DNA of 9,967 bases, from the IMG/VR virus record IMGVR_UViG_648276669_000002, positions 1-9,967 of that record; one strand, 5' to 3'. The position numbers and the translations under genes were made by a program. The stretch comes from a virus. Its lineage: Duplodnaviria; Heunggongvirae; Uroviricota; Caudoviricetes. Each line of letters begins with the position of its first letter. The first letter of the stretch is position 1. Below are positions 6,145 to 9,967 of this stretch, one piece after another. Below the pieces are notes generated by a model that was not told the origin of the DNA, searched no databases, and saw only the letters and a list, made by a program, of their open reading frames with translations.

Positions 6145-6299
6145 GTTTTACAGATAACTGGTCAGACGAAGAATTCATTCGTCAGATGAAAGAATTAATC
6201 GGTAACGAAGGAGATATTCATGTCACTTGCAACCACAGTGAAGGAGAGCAAGTTACAGAGACGCATGTACACGCAGAAAGCTCTCTGGTATCGCCATAA
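6141..6299 (+). CDS. Small hypothetical ORF (52 aa), translationally coupled to kil; not in the ORF track
   Basis: ATG 6141 overlaps the kil stop as ATGA; MSFTDNWSDEEFIRQMKELIGNEGDIHVTCNHSEGEQVTETHVHAESSLVSP. Confidence 0.3.
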   Translation: MSFTDNWSDEEFIRQMKELIGNEGDIHVTCNHSEGEQVTETHVHAESSLVSP

Positions 6300-6398
6300 T
6301 GGTGACCGCGAAGGAATGCGGGTATGCCTTAATTTGTCCCGAGTCGAAGTATTAAATCAGCGTTATTTCCTTGGGCCGTGTCCATTCTGAGGTGAATT

Positions 6399-7106
6399 AT
6401 GGATTTGAACAAATTCGATGAGCCATTCAGCCCTGAAGATATCGAATGGCGAATACAGCAAAGCGGTAAAACACGCGATGGCAAGGTGTGGGCTATGGTG
6501 CTGGCTTATGTCACGAACCGGGCAATCATGAAACGCCTGGACGATGTTTGCGGCAAAGCAGGATGGCGCAATGAATACCGCGATATTCCCAACAACGGCG
6601 GAGTTGAATGCGGCATATCAATCAAGATTGATTCCGAATGGGTAACCAAATGGGATGCTGCTGAAAACACGCAGGTAGAAGCCGTCAAAGGTGGTCGTTC
6701 AGGTGCAATGAAGCGTGCTGCCGTTCAGTGGGGAATCGGTCGGTATCTGTATAACCTTGAGGAAGGTTTCGCACAAACATCTCTCGATAAAAAGCAGGGG
6801 TGGCACAGGGCAAAACTGAAGGATGGAACAGGATTTTACTGGCTCCCTCCATCGCTGCCGGGATGGGCAATCCCAGCATCAGATAACAAACCATCACCAG
6901 AAAATACCAACCAGAAATCTCCATCGGTTGACTGCGAACAAATCCTGAAAGACTTCAGCGATTATGCGTCAACAGAAACTGATAAGAAAAAACTCATCGA
7001 GCGTTATCAGCGTGACTGGCAATTAATGGCTGGCAACGAGGAGGCGCAGGCTAAATGCGTTCAGGTAATGAACATCAGAGTTAACGAACTAAAACAGGCG
7101 GCATAA
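6399..7106 (+). CDS. Single-strand annealing protein, Rad52/Sak-like family (recombinase)
   Basis: 235 aa with GAGGTGA RBS. Segments DIEWR, GKAGWRNEY and RSGAMKRAAVQWGIGRYLYNL resemble the Rad52-family annealing core as I recall it. Occupies the bet position, immediately upstream of ssb. Confidence 0.65.
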   Translation: MDLNKFDEPFSPEDIEWRIQQSGKTRDGKVWAMVLAYVTNRAIMKRLDDVCGKAGWRNEYRDIPNNGGVECGISIKIDSEWVTKWDAAENTQVEAVKGGRSGAMKRAAVQWGIGRYLYNLEEGFAQTSLDKKQGWHRAKLKDGTGFYWLPPSLPGWAIPASDNKPSPENTNQKSPSVDCEQILKDFSDYASTETDKKKLIERYQRDWQLMAGNEEAQAKCVQVMNIRVNELKQAA

Positions 7107-7613
7107 ATGGCAAGCAGAGGCGTAAATAAGGTGATTATCCTTGGTCGGGTAGGACAAGCCCCGGAAGTTCGATACTCACCATCAGGAACAGCGTTAGCTA
7201 ACCTGACAATAGCCACATCAGAACAATGGCGAGATAAAAATACTGGCGAGCAAAAGGAATTGACTGAATGGCATCGTGTTGCTGTATCCGGGAAACTGGC
7301 TGAGGTCGTGGGGCAGTATGTGAAAAAAGGTGATCAGATTTATTTCGAGGGAATGCTGAGAACCAGAAAGTGGAAAGACCAGTCAGGGCAAGACCGTTAC
7401 ACAACCGAGGTTCATGTCGGAATTAATGGCGTGATGCAAATGCCTGGCGGCATTGGCGACAGCAAACAACAAGCAGCCAGCAGGCAATCACAGAAGCCAC
7501 AGCAGCAATCATCACCAGCACAACACAACGAACCTCCGATGGATTTTGACGACGATATACCCTTTGCACCAGTAACTCTCCCCTTCCCTCGTCACGCTAT
7601 TCACGCAATTTAA
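7107..7613 (+). CDS. ssb: Single-stranded DNA-binding protein with a 15-residue extension past the canonical DDDIPF tail
   Basis: 168 aa; the OB-fold domain parallels E. coli SSB closely ([10 protein letters not shown]..., [18 protein letters not shown]). A Q/P-rich linker ends in [11 protein letters not shown], then [15 protein letters not shown] before the TAA at 7611-7613. Confidence 0.95.
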   Translation: MASRGVNKVIILGRVGQAPEVRYSPSGTALANLTIATSEQWRDKNTGEQKELTEWHRVAVSGKLAEVVGQYVKKGDQIYFEGMLRTRKWKDQSGQDRYTTEVHVGINGVMQMPGGIGDSKQQAASRQSQKPQQQSSPAQHNEPPMDFDDDIPFAPVTLPFPRHAIHAI

Positions 7614-7621
7614 GGACTTAC

Positions 7622-8170
7622 ATGAATCACTTAATGGTTGACCTTGAAACAATGGGCAACGGGCCATACTCGCCAGTTATTTCTATTGGGGCGGTATTCT
7701 TTGACCCGAATACCGGAGAAACAGGAGAAGAGTTCTCGGTAAATATCTCGCTTGAGTCATCAATGCGATATCGGGCGCGTCCTGACGCTTCAACGATTTT
7801 ATGGTGGATGGAACAGAGTGAAGAAGCCAGAAAATCGCTAACCAGCAACACTCAAGAGCTTTCAACGGCTCTTTCATGGTTATCTGAATTCATCATAAAG
7901 AACGCCAACCACAAATTCGTTCAGGTTTGGGGGAATGGAGCATCATTTGACTGCGTTATTCTCCGCAACAGTTATTCGCTGACAGGGCAGCCAGTTCCGT
8001 GGCAGTGGTGGAATGACCGCGACGTAAGAACAATCGTCGAACTTGGGAAGGTAATAGGATTCGACCCTAAGCGAGATATGCCATTCAAAGGAACTCGCCA
8101 CAACGCGCTTGATGATGCCATTCACCAAGCCAAATACGTTTCAGCGATCTGGAAAAAGTTAGCTAAATAA
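7622..8170 (+). CDS. DEDDh-type 3'-5' exonuclease (DnaQ-like fold)
   Basis: 182 aa with AAGGA RBS. Exo I-like VDLET near the N-terminus, internal FD, and C-terminal H-x4-D (HNALDDA). Confidence 0.75.
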   Translation: MNHLMVDLETMGNGPYSPVISIGAVFFDPNTGETGEEFSVNISLESSMRYRARPDASTILWWMEQSEEARKSLTSNTQELSTALSWLSEFIIKNANHKFVQVWGNGASFDCVILRNSYSLTGQPVPWQWWNDRDVRTIVELGKVIGFDPKRDMPFKGTRHNALDDAIHQAKYVSAIWKKLAK

Positions 8171-8186
8171 TCAACAGGAGAAAACC

Positions 8187-8480
8187 ATGCCAGCGCCTCT
8201 GTATGGTGCGGACGACGCGCGCCGCTGTTCCGGCAATTCCGTATCGGAGGTGCTGGATAAATTCAGAAAAAACTACGACCGGATAATGTCGCTACCGCAG
8301 GAAACGAAAGAGGAAAAGGAATTTCGCCACTGTATATGGCTTGCAGAGAAAGAAGAACGCGAGCGAATTTACCAGACATCAATCCAACCATTCCGCAAAG
8401 CCACATATACCCACTTCCCTGAAATTGACCCGCGCCTGCGTAATTACCGCTCACGTTATGGCGCTATCAGTAATGACTGA
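8187..8480 (+). CDS. Hypothetical protein (97 aa)
   Basis: AGGAG RBS 6 nt before the ATG; [51 protein letters not shown]...; no family recognised. Confidence 0.6.
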   Translation: MPAPLYGADDARRCSGNSVSEVLDKFRKNYDRIMSLPQETKEEKEFRHCIWLAEKEERERIYQTSIQPFRKATYTHFPEIDPRLRNYRSRYGAISND

Positions 8481-8490
8481 GGAATTTACC

Positions 8491-8655
8491 ATGAGAGGAC
8501 TTGCATACAATCCCGGCATTCTTCCGGCAGAAATGATTATTCGCCAACGCGTAAAGCCAATGCCATCGAGAGAGGAATTGCTTAAGAGAAATTCTTTTCC
8601 ATCAGTAAATCAAAACAAATATCTGAATGCGATGTGGCGGAGTGGGAAGAAATGA
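8491..8655 (+). CDS. Hypothetical small protein (54 aa)
   Basis: GAGGA RBS then ATG 8491; [54 protein letters not shown]. The ORF-track version (8341..) is an in-frame upstream extension overlapping the previous gene. Confidence 0.4.
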   Translation: MRGLAYNPGILPAEMIIRQRVKPMPSREELLKRNSFPSVNQNKYLNAMWRSGKK

Positions 8656-9539
8656 AACAAATGTCACTAATTGAGATGGATGGATTTCTGAAAGGTAAAT
8701 GCATCCCACGAGATTTAAAGGTTAACGAAACAAACGCTGAATATCTTGTCCGTAAGTTCGGTGAACTTGAATCAAAACTCAACGAGCAGCGTGAGTATTA
8801 CGAGGGCGTTATCTCGGATGGGAGTAAGCGTATTGCTGAACTGGAGAAAAGCGAAGAGCAACTCATCAACGAGCGTGACCATGCTGAGTATGCTTTAGCT
8901 GATATGTATTTTGCAGCAACCGGGAACAGGCCGGAATGGAGTAACTGTTTCAGTTTTTCAGATGCAGTAGATGCCGTAGTTGACAGAATTGCTGATTTAG
9001 AAGTTAAACAGCCATCGCCAGTAGTACCGGAAGAAAAACCAATGCCGAACCCTCTTAGCATGTATGCGGTTGATGCGGTTGCAGCTATTGCAGAGGTGAG
9101 AGGCTGGAACGCCTGTCGTGCCGCCATGCTTCATGGTGCCAAACCTGTAAGCCAAACTTACAACTTGCCACAAACGGAGTTTGAACAGGTTGCTGACCTC
9201 TACAAAATGCAATTTGATGACGGTCGCACTTGTGCCTTTCACACTGATGCGCAAAAGGCTGCTCAATGGCTTCAGACGTGCGACGGAAACAGAGTTCAGG
9301 AATACGTGAAGCTGGAACGGTTGCAGAATGCGCTGTCTGGCAACTATCCGGTAACTCCGGATGGTTGGATAAGCTGTAGTGAGCGAATGCCAGATGATGG
9401 TCAGCACGTAATTATTTTATGTGATGGCGCATTCGTTCTTTATGCGCAATATCGAGACGGTGAGTTTTTTGATGTTGTCCGCAATGGTGAGGAGTTCTTC
9501 GAAACGCAGAGCCGCAATGTAACTAGACTGGCCCCCTGA
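8652..9539 (+). CDS. DUF551-domain phage protein; 3' end interrupted by IS2, with the last codons and the stop supplied by the IS2 end
   Basis: ATG 8652 overlaps the previous stop as ATGA (the ORF track uses ATG 8634). C-terminal region [40 protein letters not shown] is DUF551-like. The final residues (T)RLAP and TGA are encoded by tagactggccccctga, the IS2 terminus. Confidence 0.65.
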   Translation: MKQMSLIEMDGFLKGKCIPRDLKVNETNAEYLVRKFGELESKLNEQREYYEGVISDGSKRIAELEKSEEQLINERDHAEYALADMYFAATGNRPEWSNCFSFSDAVDAVVDRIADLEVKQPSPVVPEEKPMPNPLSMYAVDAVAAIAEVRGWNACRAAMLHGAKPVSQTYNLPQTEFEQVADLYKMQFDDGRTCAFHTDAQKAAQWLQTCDGNRVQEYVKLERLQNALSGNYPVTPDGWISCSERMPDDGQHVIILCDGAFVLYAQYRDGEFFDVVRNGEEFFETQSRNVTRLAP

Positions 9540-9967
9540 ATCTCCAGACAACCAGTATCACTTAAATAAGTGATAGTCTTAATACTAGTTTTTAGACTAG
9601 TCATTGGAGAACAGATGATTGATGTCTTAGGGCCGGAGAAACGCAGACGGCGTACCACACAGGAAAAGATCGCAATTGTTCAGCAGAGCTTTGAACCGGG
9701 GATGACGGTCTCCCTCGTTGCCCGGCAACATGGTGTAGCAGCCAGCCAGTTATTTCTCTGGCGTAAGCAATACCAGGAAGGAAGTCTTACTGCTGTCGCC
9801 GCCGGAGAACAGGTTGTTCCTGCCTCTGAACTTGCTGCCGCCATGAAGCAGATTAAAGAACTCCAGCGCCTGCTCGGCAAGAAAACGATGGAAAATGAAC
9901 TCCTCAAAGAAGCCGTTGAATATGGACGGGCAAAAAAGTGGATAGCGCACGCGCCCTTATTGCCCGG
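9524..9967 (+). mobile_element. IS2 (IS3 family) left end, partial; the element runs off the window
   Basis: TAGACTGGCCCCCTGAATCTCCAGACAACC... from 9524 matches the IS2 left terminal inverted repeat as recalled, followed by insC with its characteristic leader. Confidence 0.85.
9615..9967 (+). CDS. insC: IS2 transposase OrfA (InsC), C-terminally truncated by the window edge
   Basis: [117 protein letters not shown] matches IS2 InsC as recalled; HTH then leucine-zipper region. Confidence 0.9.

Noticed and set aside
6506-8454. Minus-strand ORFs inside the annealer, ssb, exonuclease and 97-aa genes (6506..6688, 6685..6924, 7198..7404, 7627..7851, 7683..7877, 7943..8128, 8263..8454)
   Set aside because: All antisense to tightly packed plus-strand genes with good RBSs and recognisable products.
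8582-9658. Minus-strand ORFs 8582..8782, 8798..9127, 8997..9407, 9440..9658
   Set aside because: Antisense to the DUF551 gene and the IS2 leader; low-complexity translations.
9680-9950. Minus-strand ORFs 9680..9907 and 9750..9950 inside IS2
   Set aside because: Antisense to insC, whose identity is clear.
1-9967. CRISPR arrays, tRNA or rRNA genes, integrase or attachment sites
   Set aside because: No spaced direct-repeat array, no cloverleaf-like or rRNA-like sequence and no integrase ORF seen; the only tandem repeats are the ori iterons and the 14-bp pair at 4850-4896.

Overview
This window is the early region of a lambdoid (lambda/P22-mosaic) enterobacterial prophage. Nothing here is clearly a complete novel system; the best candidate for undescribed biology is a convergent pair of small genes between N and ral (4377..4835). 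Layout: a minus-strand arm (1..3059) carries a partial gene, a DnaB-family helicase, a lambda-O-like initiator with ori iterons inside its coding sequence, a small basic ORF, a cII-like activator, nutR and cro. The immunity core (3074..3994) carries three 18-bp operators, a P22-C2-type CI repressor, its terminator, OL/PL and nutL. The plus-strand PL operon (4102..9539) runs N-like antiterminator, the convergent pair, Ral, Ea10-like, cIII-like, Kil-like, a Rad52/Sak-type annealing protein, SSB, a DEDDh exonuclease and three hypothetical genes. The left end of an IS2 copy (from about 9524) cuts the last gene. All protein identifications rest on reading the translations and on recalled family sequences; no database search was run.
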